From: Tubiluchus corallicola
Taxonomy: Eukaryota > Animalia > Priapulida
Direction: 5' to 3'
Assembly: GCA_030141605.1 (NCBI GenBank)
Contig: JAQGDQ010000201.1
Location: 337,471 to 401,470, forward strand
DNA: 64,000 nucleotides
Positions 1 to 42,600 of the stretch are shown piece by piece (positions within the stretch are counted from its first letter, which is position 1; the number at the start of each line of letters is the position of its first letter). The notes below the pieces were generated by a model, which was given only the letters and a program-made list of their open reading frames with translations, made no database searches and was not told the origin of the DNA. The position numbers and the translations under genes were made by a program.

Positions 1-2174
1 TGTGATCAAAACTTCGTCAAATTTTTTTTGCCTCACCTGATATAACGTACTGGTTCTTCTAGTACACAACATACAATTTTAATATAATTCGTTAAAGTAA
101 CCGAAATGAGAGTTTACAAATTTGATGTGTGTTTTGCATTGGCAAAAATTAATACTGTTAAGCACAAACACAAAAATTCAAGGACATTTATTCTGCCCAA
201 GAACTAGCTATTCAATACGGCAAAGAAAAAAGAGGAACCTTATCAGGAAAAAAGAAAAACCAAAAAAGAATAATTTGATTATAATTAGTTTCAGCGCATT
301 TATTTTGAAAATAAAATACTTGCATATTTACATATAATCAGATGTATCCAGCACACTATAATCAACATAGTATCATATCACCGATTATAAAAAGCTTTAA
401 CAATTCTTCCAACCAAGTCATAACAGAGGCAAACACTATTTAGCATTAAATTTCCAACCATCTCTATGCTTGCTTGACTAATATTATCATCATTTTCTTT
501 GCATAAATACAACCAGCAAGTACATGCAGCCGTAATCAGCAAAAGTCATAAACTTGTTGTTGCTATACATTTCTAAAGGCTTTCTTTTAAAAAGAGCATT
601 AAGATGTCAAATATATACATATCGGATCCCTTAACTATCAATGCAAACCAATAGCATTGTTGTGCAACAGTAATTGGTTACAGTATTTTAAATATACAGT
701 CAAGTGAACCACTAAAGTGTTGAACATAAGTCATAATTCTACAAACAACAAAGCTACTGCTTAACTAAATATACAGGAAAATAAACAAAATTAAAAGAGA
801 AACATGAAAACCATCAACAACATGGCACAAGATTTAATTGGTTAAATAATTTCCCATATGTATCGCATGCATGCTGGGCATGTACAGGAGAAAAATATTG
901 TTTTGCTACAGTTTAAGTACCAGATCAACTGCAAATTCAAATTTCAAGTATAACACTTGCTTTGCTTGATTTATACGCGCAAAAAACTCGTCTACTACTC
1001 AAAACTGTCGATTTTTAGCTTATCAGTTAAGTTTCATAATTTAGTGAGTGTAGTGTTAAATACTGACACAATGTTTTAAAAGGCTGGACCGAGGATAAGC
1101 ATTGAGTTTCCATATTTTAATTAATAGTAAATACAATTCAATTTTCTTTGCACTTTATAAAAACCTTTGAAAGCCTGATTAATGACTGATTGCGATGACA
1201 GTTTCACTGAAAAAAAATTAATTTTAAACAGTAAATGAAGATTTTTTTCTGCTTAATATAACAATTAACTTAAATCAGATACACAATTGTAATGCAACAG
1301 CTAACAGAATGTCATAATGGCTAGCTACACAGGAAATTAATTCATGATAAGTTTAAAAAATCACGAACCAGTACATAATGTCAAATGATACCTCAGATGG
1401 CAATAACAATTGCAATTTTTGCATACCCGTTGCCTTGTAACCACATAACAATTACAGCTCACAGAAACTGTATTTAAAAAATTCCTAATGAAGCTTTATA
1501 CAAAAACTATTGTACGTTAACTTAACACATTACTGAAAATTACAAAAACCTTTCTCTACCCCTCAAAACAGAACTTCAATAATTATCACCCACACACATA
1601 CATAAATATATTTAGTTTCCATAAATAACACTAAAAAGAAAATAACCTCTGACTAGGGATGACATACGAAGATACGATTCATAATGGAATAATTTTCACA
1701 ATGACTATTTTCTCAAACAAACAAACGAACTCAGTTAAGGAAGTGAATTCGTATTTCAAAGTTAAGGGAAAATGCTCACAGTTTAAGTGCAAGCTCAAAG
1801 TAGTAATCGTTTTTTCCTCAAACAGTCAAACATATTCCCAAGTGGAGCTTAGTTATAGATGTTTGTCTATAACAAAACCATCCCTTAAACACTAAAATGA
1901 TTTTTAAGATTCTGAACAAAATGCCAGCATTCAAATGAGAGCATGTTAGCATGGTACTAGATACTAACATAACTGATGTAGTTAAAACTTGTCAAATTCT
2001 AGTTCAGGGCAATTTGCAAATCTATGAGGCATGATGGAGAAAATATGTCATACAGTCAAAGACAAGGGTACTGTGAATCAATATTATCATACACTATGTT
2101 ACATGACATCAGCATTAGAGATATGACTATGTACAACATCATTATATACAGCAAATCATCTAGGTATGTATATG

Positions 2175-30790
<28,616 letters not shown>

Positions 30791-30987
30791 TATTCAGAAA
30801 AAAATTCTGAAGTGAAAATTACCAAGTCAGTAAATATGTTGTAATCATAGAGTAACAACCACGATAAACAAGAAGCACTCAGATAAAAAATAATGTGATA
30901 ACATGAATGACGAAATTAATGTTTTCCGCTAACTTCCATGACAGAAATTTACAAAAGCCACCAAACTTAATTGTTCATTTTCTTCTC

Positions 30988-30998
30988 GCGGCCATTTT
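30988..30998 (-). promoter_or_regulatory. YY1-like motif in the CHD1 5' region
   Basis: GCGGCCATTTT (AAAATGGCCGC on the transcribed strand) about 200 nt upstream of the proposed ATG, in a locally CpG-richer patch. Confidence 0.45.
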
Positions 30999-31228
30999 GA
31001 AATCACGAAATCAAAACCAGACATCGTCGGTCGGGAGCGATAAAAATTCAAACGGTTGTTACCAATAACTTGGAAATGTAAACAAGTTGTCTATGTAATA
31101 CACATTACGGAGATTATTTTAAAAAGCGTTTAATGGCTACACAAGCACCATCATTAAACGACATTTTCGCGACCTCAGTTCGTAAAACGTATACTTTCTA
31201 AAACATGTCAGCCATTCACTGCTGACTT

Positions 31229-31860
31229 CCCCAAATACTTCCCCGTGCACGTAGCGCCATCAAACGAGTAAAATCGACAAATGAGACCCTGGGAAGAGGA
31301 TCTGTTGGAATTTTGTACAGAAAATGGGAGGGAAAACATTAATCTTTGACAAATCTGCATGATAATCACATTTTTTAAGACAATAAATAAGTTTTCAGAA
31401 CATTGCTCTAATTGGTACACCCCAATGATAACATAATAATCAAAAATTCAAGTATAAACTTTAGCCAAACAATTCCAGATCAGAACATTTTATGCAATAC
31501 AATTATACCTCTTACCCCAAAAAGCAAATAGAGTACTCCAAAATCATTCTGCAGCATGAGCAAGAATAAATTATTGCATCAGCTAATGTGGCGGTAGATT
31601 TGAAGATACAAGAAATGCTGCAAAAATTAACTCGACCTGACCAAGCTCTGTCACTAATGTAAAGTACTTATACAAAAATATGCTTATTCTGACTTATTCT
31701 TATAGAAAATTTACTGCATTTTTCCAATGCACAAACAATGACACAGTCACATTTAGTTGAAAACATGATACTAACACATTTCTACTGGAACTGCCATTGA
31801 TGAAATGGACGTTGCTACCTGAATCAAGAAGACTCTCATTTTGTAGACGTTGCAAGAAGC
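31229..31860 (+). pseudogene. Decayed intronless protein-kinase-like relic
   Basis: ETLGRGSVGILYRKWEGK (31283-31336), LVHPN (31412-31426), LH/ANVAVDLK (31574-31605), KLC (31643-31651), PESRRLSF (about 31818-31841) occur in kinase subdomain order but are split by frameshifts and stops. Confidence 0.45.
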
Positions 31861-33602
31861 AGTGCTCATTAATACTCCATTCGCATTAGTTAGTGACAAT
31901 GATCAAGTCCAATAATTGACTACAAAAAGCGAACTGTTCCCGCGGTAGATTTTGAAAATGCAGGTGGGTTTTAAGCAATGATACTGCAACATCCAAATCA
32001 CTTCCTAACTGGTCGACAATATCACGACCTGAACAACAAGTCTTTAGGAATATTCTCGTGTGTCTGCAGATGAAAATATAGTTAATAGGCAACAAATACT
32101 ATGCTCTGTGGGACTGAGATGGTTTAAACGACTAATATTTCCAGAGTTCCTCATCACATTTATTTAAAAAAAACTGCAATTCTTCCATATGCTTTCCAGC
32201 AACTACCAGAGGCAACACATCCTTCGTTCTGCTTCATGTAATTTCAATGACTTTGTCAAAGAGTATGCAATCCTATCAGCAGAAGTGTCATCAGTGCTAC
32301 TATTATTTGCTTTGTTAATCGCTGTGTATACCTCCATATCATCTATTTTAATCTTCTAGTTGCAAGGCTAGGCTGTTCTCTCTTCAGAGAATGGTGCTCC
32401 TTATAAGTCAATCATCAATTAAAATAAAATGTTAGAAAAAGCATAGTGACACATACATTTTAACCATCAAAATTTTAAAAGCCACCGATGTTGGTCAATT
32501 TTAACAATGTGTATGATGCTAATTTGGTTCAATAGTACTACTGTCCTTCGAAAAATCTCACTAATTTCATCTTAACATCGAAATTACTGAATCACTTGAT
32601 CAGCACAGATTCACATATTACTTGAAAGATGAGAAGAATCGATGAATGTGAAAGGAAACAAAGAATTTAATTTAGTTTTAACAGTTGTTCTTGTAATCTG
32701 ATGGCAGTTGTTAAGTCGGTTACTGTTTTTGGGTTTGTACAGATGCAAGGAAATCTCGCTTTACACACATTTAAATAATAAAATATCTATGACTTTACAT
32801 ATTAACAGTATAATCAGGAACCACTAAAATAATGTGTGAACATTTATTTAACTGTACGAAATATATGAAATTAATTTAACACAATTGTACTAACAGCAAC
32901 AACAAGTAGTTTTAACTAGTTTTTGAATGTAATGACACCAGCAAAGTAACAGAAGATTCATAATCTTCATAAAATAGAATAGCATTTAACAACTTAACAG
33001 TTCATAACAGTAGACAATTTCATCATTTTTGCCTAATGCAAGTGTGAAAAACTATGACTGACATTCATAGATTCAATTAAATTAATCTTAAATAAAATAA
33101 TTACCAATTTATAATTTTGTATATTCTGTAGAAGGCTGCTTAACTTTCAAGCCAAACATACACCTCAGATTTTACAACAAAAACATAAAGGATTGTTTAA
33201 CATGCCACAGAAGTATTCGGCCTCGGACAAAAATATTCTTTTTTGTAATGTCATTAGAGTTATCATTTCAGCTTAACAAGCCTAGCAAATGTAGTATAAA
33301 ACAATGATGTCAAAAATGTCGTAATGAATACAGTCATCAATACATTTAACTCAGTTTACTATGATGAAAGCTGAAGCATTCATACGTAAAAAACTCTAAT
33401 GTAAATGTAGCTCAAAAAGTGGAAAACAAATTAGAGTTATTTTCATTCAATGACTGAGTACAATTTAAGTACTTTAACTGTCATTAAAATAAAAAACTGG
33501 CACTTTTTGTGTTACCACAAAATTGCTAGATGACCATATTGGAACAGTTTGCAGCAATGTTTACCAAAATGCTCCATGGTTCAGTCAATACTTTCAGCTG
33601 TT

Positions 33603-36600
33603 TTATAGAGATGGCTCTACCAATTTTACTTTGCCTTCTTCGGAAGACCTGTAAAATACAAACAAACTGTTTTTTACTTATAGGAAAAACTCTCCTTGCA
33701 TCAAGATTGAAATTTTATAATTTCACAGCTAAAAATTCAATATGATACTCTCCTTAAAGGAAAAGTACTTATTTCCAAAAGAGAAAATTCAAATATGGCA
33801 GAGTGCTGTGTGACATTGCTAATGAAAAAAAAATCCTCAAATTCATAATTTCAATTGCTATGTTTGTAGCTGGTCTTCCTCAAGACTTCATGAAGCTGTC
33901 TAGAAACGGGTTGTGTTGCACTGATTGTGTGATTATTTTGCACAAAAACTGTTTCTGAGAAGCAGACACTGTTGCCCATCCAAGGAAGTATGGCCGACGG
34001 TTTAAAAACTAAGGAAATGAAGCTTTAAAAGTAGGTGTTCTGATTTAGTCATCAGTGAGAAACGTGTGCTTTGAAAACTGAGATTTTGTTTGATGTACTC
34101 CATATTAACTAGATGTACTTTACGCAATACTAATTAATTTGCTTTTAAACATTAATAAAGGTTTAACTTAAACCTGCATGTTTATACAAAAACAAATTCT
34201 TCTCTGGGATTAGTTTAAATGAAAAATACTTTTAGTTCATTTAAAATGACACTATGTTAGGTGATGACCAAAAATGAAATAAGTGCACAGCGAGCATTTT
34301 GCTGCCATGGCTTTAAAATAAACCATCGTAAATTGTCATATTACTAGGCGCAGGCGTGATATGTCTGATTAATAACTTGTGTTTAGAGCAGAATTTAGAG
34401 GATGGAATTCTAATGAAAATGCTAACATGTTGGCTTGAAGTAGTCAGAACAGCAGACAACCTACTTCTAACAAGATTTGTAATTATTAGGAGAATACAGT
34501 GGAAGGACTAAAATAAAAGTACCATAATGCTGAATCTTAATTTTGTTAAATTATTTTGAAAGCATTTTGTATTACTCTAAACTTCATTTGTATTAATCAG
34601 GATGGTGAACAAGCCATGTTCGAACAATAAACTGTAGTTATAAGAGAGTTTAAAAAATGGGGCTTAAACAAAAATACTATATTTTGTTCAGAATATCTGT
34701 AGTATATATTAACGTTTAGTATATATTTTGAAAAATTAAATAGTACATATATTATATTTTATTTACACGTGTGAAAAGTAACCCAGTTTTGATTAATTTG
34801 TAACAATACTATTTTTGTTGTTGTGTTTCGCACACAATCTTTTAGTTACCAAAACATTATCCAAAAAAGGGCCATAGTCAAATTAATTGTTTTAGAAATT
34901 TTACAAGTACGAAGTTAAACTGGTACACAGTAGGTGTCATTTATTTGATTCACGGTTAGTAGAATTAATGGTATGGGCCGCTCCTATTCAAATGTATATA
35001 AAACTGTTGGCAATTGAACTCAAATAACTCTGCATAACTGACCCAATATTTTTGTTTCATGTACTTAAAATTAGAAATTTGTGTGTGATTAGAGAGCTTT
35101 TACTTCTTTTAGTCATTTTTACGTCGCTTTTGTGCACTACAGTACGTTTATCATGTGCGATATTCTAGCGTAGTGGTTTTGCTTCTGGAAGCTAAACATT
35201 TAATCACTTGCCAGTAGTTTACTTTTGAAGCTCCTGCTGCTTTTCACAGGGGAAGCAAAGTTATCACCCACTGCAGTTCAAGAGCTAGGCTTATTAGGTG
35301 TTTTGTGTGAATACATTATGTATGTGCATCATACAGCAACCGATTTTTAACATTTTTAGCAATATGAACATTTCATAAAACAACTTCTTCATGAAGAAAT
35401 GAAGCAACGGACCTCCCACGAATTTTCATAATTTTTAGTGGTAATAATCAAGTTTGTGCGATTTTTTATTTTCTTTGTTTATTAATTCACTTATATGATT
35501 TAGTATTCTGAAATAATTGCACATAGGAATTTTGTTTCTAAAGTTCATTTAAAGCCTTTGAATTACGTACTAAAGTGATGACTCATACTTCTATAGTAGT
35601 AATATGCTACACCCATCAGCTAATTGATTCAGTCGGTTAATTGGGTCAAAACACTTCTATCCCAAAGTGAGTTTATTAAGCGGTGCATACTGTATTAATT
35701 TTATTGTAGTGAAACAAGGTTATCTTCATAGGGCAAAATTGAGTAGAATCAAGAAAAAAGTCAAATGAGATGAAGGTCAAGCAACAAATTATTTGTAATG
35801 ATGTAAATATGCAGATATCTTTCAGTGAAGCCATCATTTAAATGCTAAACTTAATAGCACTGACGTCAGTAAACATGCTTTTATGATTCTTAATATAAGG
35901 TGTATTAATGTTTTTTTTTATTACTTCACAATACTATATTTTTTTGTATTTTGTTACTAATATTCTATATTGGGTGACATGCTTGTTGTTTCATATAGTT
36001 ATATGCCTTGTTTTGTTTGCTTTATATGTCACTTTACCATTTTTTGCACAGAATTTTGTATTTTGTTATTAATGCTTTGCACTCAGTGCCAGTCCATGAT
36101 GAGAGCTATTTTATATTATGCTATTTTTTTGTTAATCGCTATGTCTTGTTTGAGTTATATATAATTTTCTCATTTCCTGTTTTGTAGAGATCTGCTGTGC
36201 ATTGGCTAGATGGCTGCACATAAGAAGGTATACGTTGTGCCAGTAAAACACGCTTCTTTTTTCTTCGCTTTCTCAGATCTGTTTATCATTTCTTACTGTT
36301 TTAGTGTTATGATTTTGTAACCCAGAATACTGAAATAAATCAGTTTTCATGATGGTGTTAAAAAAGAAGTTTCTGGGATAATGAGATTCAAGACACATAA
36401 TAAAAAGAAATCACGAACTTTGAATCCTAATAATGACTAGTCAGTCAAGAAAAGAGGTTTATGGATTTCTGTTCACCAAATGTGTACATTAATGGCAATA
36501 ACAAATCCATCAAAGTAAGGACCAGGCACTGAATGACAGTAAATAGGCAGGAATTAATAAGTTGAAGTGCTCTTCAACGATGTGTTGACCTCAGTCTTTG

Positions 36601-39600
36601 ACTGTGCAATTCAATTTCTTTAACTATTTTCTCTTTGAATTCAGGTTGGGAGTAATAAAACGATTAAGTCATTTGGAAAATGGTTATTTGCTGTTCACTT
36701 CTGAACAATTTCCATGGTGTTTTGCTACCTCGATCAGTTAGTTTATGTTGTATAGCGTGATTTGTCCAGCACAAACTAGACACTGCTATGCCAATCCTTT
36801 CCAATATTTACTTTTTACAGCAAATGACAAAAATTGATTTCAGCCTTTTTTAAGGTTCAAATGCCTGGTTACTACCACAATGAATCCAAGAAAATTCAAG
36901 AAGTTTAGTTGCTTACTTTTGATCAGCCCCTTGCAGGGTAGCTTGAACCACGGTTGCTGATAAACATGTGAATTTTTTATTTTCTTTGCTTATTAATTCA
37001 CTTATATGAATTAGTATTCTGAAATAATTGCACATAGGAATTTTGTTTCTAAAGTTCATTTAAAGCCTTTGAGTTACGTACTAAAGTGATGACTCATACT
37101 TTTATAGTAGTAATATGCTACACCCATCAGCTAATTGATTCAGTCGGTTAATTGGGTCAAAACACTTCTATCCCAAAGTGAATTTATTAAGCGGTGCATA
37201 CTGTATTAATTTTATTGTAGTGAAACAAGGTTATTTTCATAGGGCAAAATTGAGTAGAATCAAGAAAAAAGTCAAATGAGATGAAGGTCAAGCAACAAAT
37301 TATTTATGATGTAAATATGCAGATATCTTTCAGTGAAGCCATCATTTAAATGCTAAACTTAATAGCACTGACGTCAGTAAACATGCTTTTATGATTCTTA
37401 ATATAAGGTGTATTAATGTTTTTTTATTACTTCACAATACTATATTTTTTGTATTTTGTTACTAATATTCTATATTGGGTGACATGCTTGTTGTTTCATA
37501 TAGTTATATGCCTTGTTTTGTTTGCTTTATATGTCACTTTACCATTTTTTGCACAGAATTTCATATTTTGTTATTAATGCTTTGCACTCAGTGCCAGTCC
37601 ATGATGAGAGCTATTTTATATTATGTTATTTTTTTGTTAATCGCTATGTCTTGTTTAAGTTTCTCATTTTTTCTCATTTCCTGTTTTGTAGAGATCTGCT
37701 GTGCATTGGCTACATGGCTGCACATAAGAAGGTGTACGTTGTGCCAGTAAAACACGCTTCTTTTTTCTTCTCTTTCTCAGATCTGTTTATCATTTCTTAC
37801 TGTTTCAGTGTTATGATTTTGCAACCCAGAATACTGAAATAAATCAGTTTTCATGGTGTTAAAATGAAGTTTCTGTGATAATGAGATTCAAAACACATAA
37901 TAAAAAGAAATCACGAACTTTGAATCCTAATAATGGTTAGTCAGTCAAGAAAAGAGGTTTATGGATTTCTGTTCACCAAATGTATACATTAATTGCAATA
38001 ACAAATCCATCAAAGTAAGGACCAGGCACTGAATGACAGTAAATAGGCAGGAATTGATAAGTTGAAGTGCTCTTCAACGATGTGTTGACCTCAGTGCTGT
38101 GCAATTCAATTTCTTTAACTATTTTCTCTTTGAATTCAGGTTGGGAGTAATAAAACTATTAAGCCATTTGGAAAATGGTTATTTGCTGTTCACTTCTCAA
38201 CAATTTCCATGGTGTTTCGCTACCTTGATCAGTTAGTTTATGTTGTATAGCGTGATTTGTCCAGCACAAACTAGACACTGCTATGCCAATCCTTTCCAAT
38301 ATTTACTTTTTACAGCAAATGACAAAAATTGATTTCAGCCTTTTTTAAGGTTCAAATGCCTGGTTACTACCACAATGAATGCACGAAAATTCAAGAAGTT
38401 TAGTTGCTTACTTTTGATCAGCCCCTTGCAGGGTAGCTTGAACCACGGATAGACTATCTATCTGTGCTTGAATGAAAGCACCATAAGTTCTGACATTCGT
38501 CAATATCAGCTTGTAATAATTGGCAGTTTCCTGCAATACAATACAAATCTATAATATATATATTAGGAAACAAGAGTGTGTGAAAAGTTTTCATTCTCAT
38601 ATATGCCTAACAAATTCTAGGTAACATTTAAAATGAGTTAATTATGACCTTAACAGGAAGGTTAAGGTCAGATAATTTTGTGCAAGTTGTGCTCAAAGAT
38701 GTACGACAAAAATTTTTGCCGCTGCTTATCTCAAAACTGAGTTTAGCAGTGCAAAGACAACAATTATCACCTATTCACTATACTAAAATCGTCATACCCA
38801 TCTGTTCTCTCATTCCTGTTTTAGATCTTAAAATGAAAAAATATTGACCTTACGAGTAATGTTCAATTTCTCATATTCAAAGCAATACTTGTTGGTCAAC
38901 TTTTTTTATACCAATAACTCCTCTTCTCATTTTGGAATAATTTTTACATAGAAATTACTTGAACTTTGACCTAAACAAGGTAATCCGATACTAGACTTGT
39001 TATAGTTATTAAGAAATTTTTGTTTCTGTTTCACTCTCTTTGCTTGTACTGTTTAAAAGGAAAATAAACCTTGACGTCACTGCAATGCATAAATGTGAGG
39101 TCATATTTTTATAGTGTAAACAATAAACACGGCGATTTTTTAAACCTTTTAGTTTTGCGTGTTACAGCACATTGTGAATTTTTTCTTTGGAAATACACAA
39201 GAAAACTATTTATAATTTATGCTGCACACAGATTAATTTGGCATTTCAAGCATAGAAGCAAAAGGCCTAAAATATTCCCCAAACCTAAAAGTGAATGAGT
39301 TACTTAAAAGCAGGTAATAATTAACTTTCTTGAATAATCAAAATGCTTGGGAATTTCGGATTATTGAAGCAGATAGAAATAGTAAGTCTTCTTGACTATG
39401 TAACATCCACTATTGCCATGAAGCCATAAAGCATTTTTTTGCCAGGTGATATGTTAATGATTACCATTACAATTGACCACCATTCATATTATTTTGTCTA
39501 TTAAGTCTTGTTAATGAATTCAATATTTAAAATCCAGGATTTGGTTATCAACATGCATGTAATGACGAATGTTAACATGAAGCATTTTTGGAAGGTAAAA

Positions 39601-42600
39601 TTTTAATAATTAATAACCATTGTTATTAACCATTTGTTCATCAACCATTAATTCTTCAATCATGGCATGATGTCCTTATTTTTGCTGTTTTATTGCATTT
39701 TTGGAATGTATTAAAAATTACTCTTTGCAAATTCATCTAAACTGATGAAATTTGTTTATTTTTGATCATTTGTCAGTGAAGTTTTTTTGCGATGCACATT
39801 ATGATCTCGCTTCTTTTTTGCTTCTGCTATGGTAATGAAATTTTTAAATCTTCCGAAGTCTTTGTATCAGTCACTTTATAAAGCTTACTGTGGCTATCAT
39901 CAACTTATCTGTTTGTTATACCAAATGTTCTATACTGCTGTTTTTTCCCTTTTTCTTATACGTTGCTAATGTTGTTTGTGCGCTTGAGTCTGCTGATGCA
40001 AGAGAAATGTATAACTTTAGATATTTTAATTTGCTAAAGTACGCATTAAGCTTGCCGTACAATTGTCAAACTATATTAAAAATGTAGTGTTTTTAAACCT
40101 ATAGTATTTTTCTGGTTCGCTGTTAATTAGTTTATTTTTATATTAGACAACACACATGCTATATATAGTTAAACAGAGTGTAAAGGTACTGCCACTATCT
40201 GCATCTATTCTTGTATGACTGTACTTGCATTGTAGAACTTTTTAACAAATTTTTAACAACGGCCAAATACCCACATTTTTTAACAAAAGAAATTGAAATA
40301 GGAATCAGCATAAATAAGTTTATAAGATCTATACACTTAAATTTTAGGATCTTGTCAACTCATTTGCAGAAAAATATAAGTTGATCAAACTAAAATGTTT
40401 CTGTTTTTACTATGGAGATAACCCCCCAATGCTGTAATATAGCAAAATTTTTAAGCCCATTAAAACTTCTTTATATGAGTATTCTCATAATTGTGGCAAC
40501 AATAAGGCCATCATTATAAGATATACATTCATTGTAGGAATTATTTTAGTAAACTTATTTTTTACATAGTTACTAATTAGTACCTGCAAATTCTCCACTT
40601 CTTTAAGAAATAATTCATTTTCCTCTTTCAATCGTTTGGACTTTCTTTGCAGATCTTTTCTTTCTGATTCTCTGGCTGAAACAGAACAAAGTAGCAAAAT
40701 AAAATATGGATTTTAAGAATAAATCGTTCACAATCAGCCTTGTAAGAAAACGTTTTCCCGGTGACGTGCCACGCCCTATTGGTAGAAACATGCCATCAGT
40801 ACGTGTGTATACATTCAAATTATTCGAAAAGTGCACTTGTTCCGAACACAGTGTGTAGATATACTTTTTTAAAATAGCTAGAGTCAAAAATCGTTCGTAA
40901 CCAAACAATCTTCGCCAAAAAAGAAAAACCATTAGAGCTGCACTTCTGTGCACACATTACTAAACAGCTGTTAACAAAGAATGCTATGAAACAAACACAC
41001 AATATACAATCATAACAAGAAACTTACTTCACATTGTTCATTGGCAACAATCCCATGTCGACATAGGTTAGATACAATGAGATAAAAAGAATTTGCCATT
41101 ATTCTTAGAATTTTATTGAATGCAAATTCTCATAACTGAATGCAACACGTCTACAAACTTCTGTGACTGGCAAGCAACTGAAGATTGTGAAGTAATCTCT
41201 TTGGGTGCGCGGCTGCATGCGTATGAGTCATGGCAGGAACCTAGCTACAGCATCAGCAGAAACTTTTTGCAGTATTGATCTAAATTCAACATACACAAGC
41301 GCGAAGTCTGCATTCCGTGCAACCAGTTCAGTTTATTTGGTCAGGGACCGTATACATATTGAAAAAATACTATCTAAAATAAAATTATTACAGAATTCTA
41401 TCAAAAGAGATTTTACAAAGACATTTTACTTCTATGCCGGTTTGCAGATTAAACCTGAGCCTTCATTTATAAACGCTTTTGGTCGAGGGTCTTTTGAGCA
41501 TATTCTAGTTTTATCGCAGAAATTATTTGCAGCACTACGCGCCACTTTTTCCTACGCTTCCATTTCTGCCATACTGTTATGTCAATAGTTACTAGTCGTT
41601 GGGACATCCCTTCTTTCTGTGACACGGATCTGATAGGTGACATTGGCAATAAATTTACTAGGCAATCCCAATGCTAGCAAGTTTGCAGAAATTTTGATTT
41701 TTTTGCCATAATAAATCCAGCATAATTATTAATCTGTGAATTTATAGTCACAGTAACAGTATAGTAACGATAACAACTGCAATAGCATCATGTTTATAAC
41801 TAAGGCGATCTCTCTACAGTTAACTTAGCAAAAGTTGTCTACCTCTTTGTCTAACTAAATTTTCACATTTTAGCAATTAAATCCCAACCCTGTAAGTGGA
41901 CTCAAACGCCAGTTAGGAATTCCAAACTGTCATAAGGTGTGTAAGTTTTACAATTCAACAGCTTCCAACACCATACTTTGCTTTCAGTGAAATTTTTAAT
42001 CTTAGAGTAGGAATGAGGGCGATAACACAAATTTTGTTAAAGTTTATGCATAGAATGTAAATACCAGAGACATCTAGTGCTTGAAACGGAAATATATATG
42101 TATGCAATGTCTAACAATGGAATACATAACTTAAAAACACTTCAGGAAGAGCATGAATTCTTTAAAATATAACTCTAGAATTTAACACAGCACAACCAAT
42201 GTATGAACAGAAAAGATATCTGTATTCAACCCAAAATATGCAAATCAACAAATCCTTGTCTGGAGACCTGGGGATCCTATTCATATATTCTGCTGTTGTT
42301 AGTATGTGTAAAACTTGAAGTTGCCAAAGTTCTGGGTCGAAAATCTTCAATGTATGAGTACATTAGTGTAAACGAATCATAAATATCTTAGCTTATTTAG
42401 CTGTTTAAATCTCTTTTATTAACCTACATACAAAACTCAGTTAGTTAGTATACATAGATAATATATTATATGCTATTTCTTTCACAGCAGGTTTGCTGAT
42501 AAACCAATCGGTTGCTGATAAATATGTGAACTCGGTATTCGTGGCACAATAGCGAAGAGGAACGAGGAGCTCCCCATTCAATTTCGTTTCATTCAAGTGT

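Noticed and set aside
35970-37842. Repeated hydrophobic, Cys-rich ORFs (MGDMLVVSYS...)
   Set aside because: Non-ATG starts and T-rich intronic composition; they recur only because of the tandem duplication, and the stops differ between copies
39889-39993. Possible extra exon of the HMG20-like gene (AG...GTAAGC)
   Set aside because: Stop codons in all frames; exon 40584 joins 38530 cleanly without it
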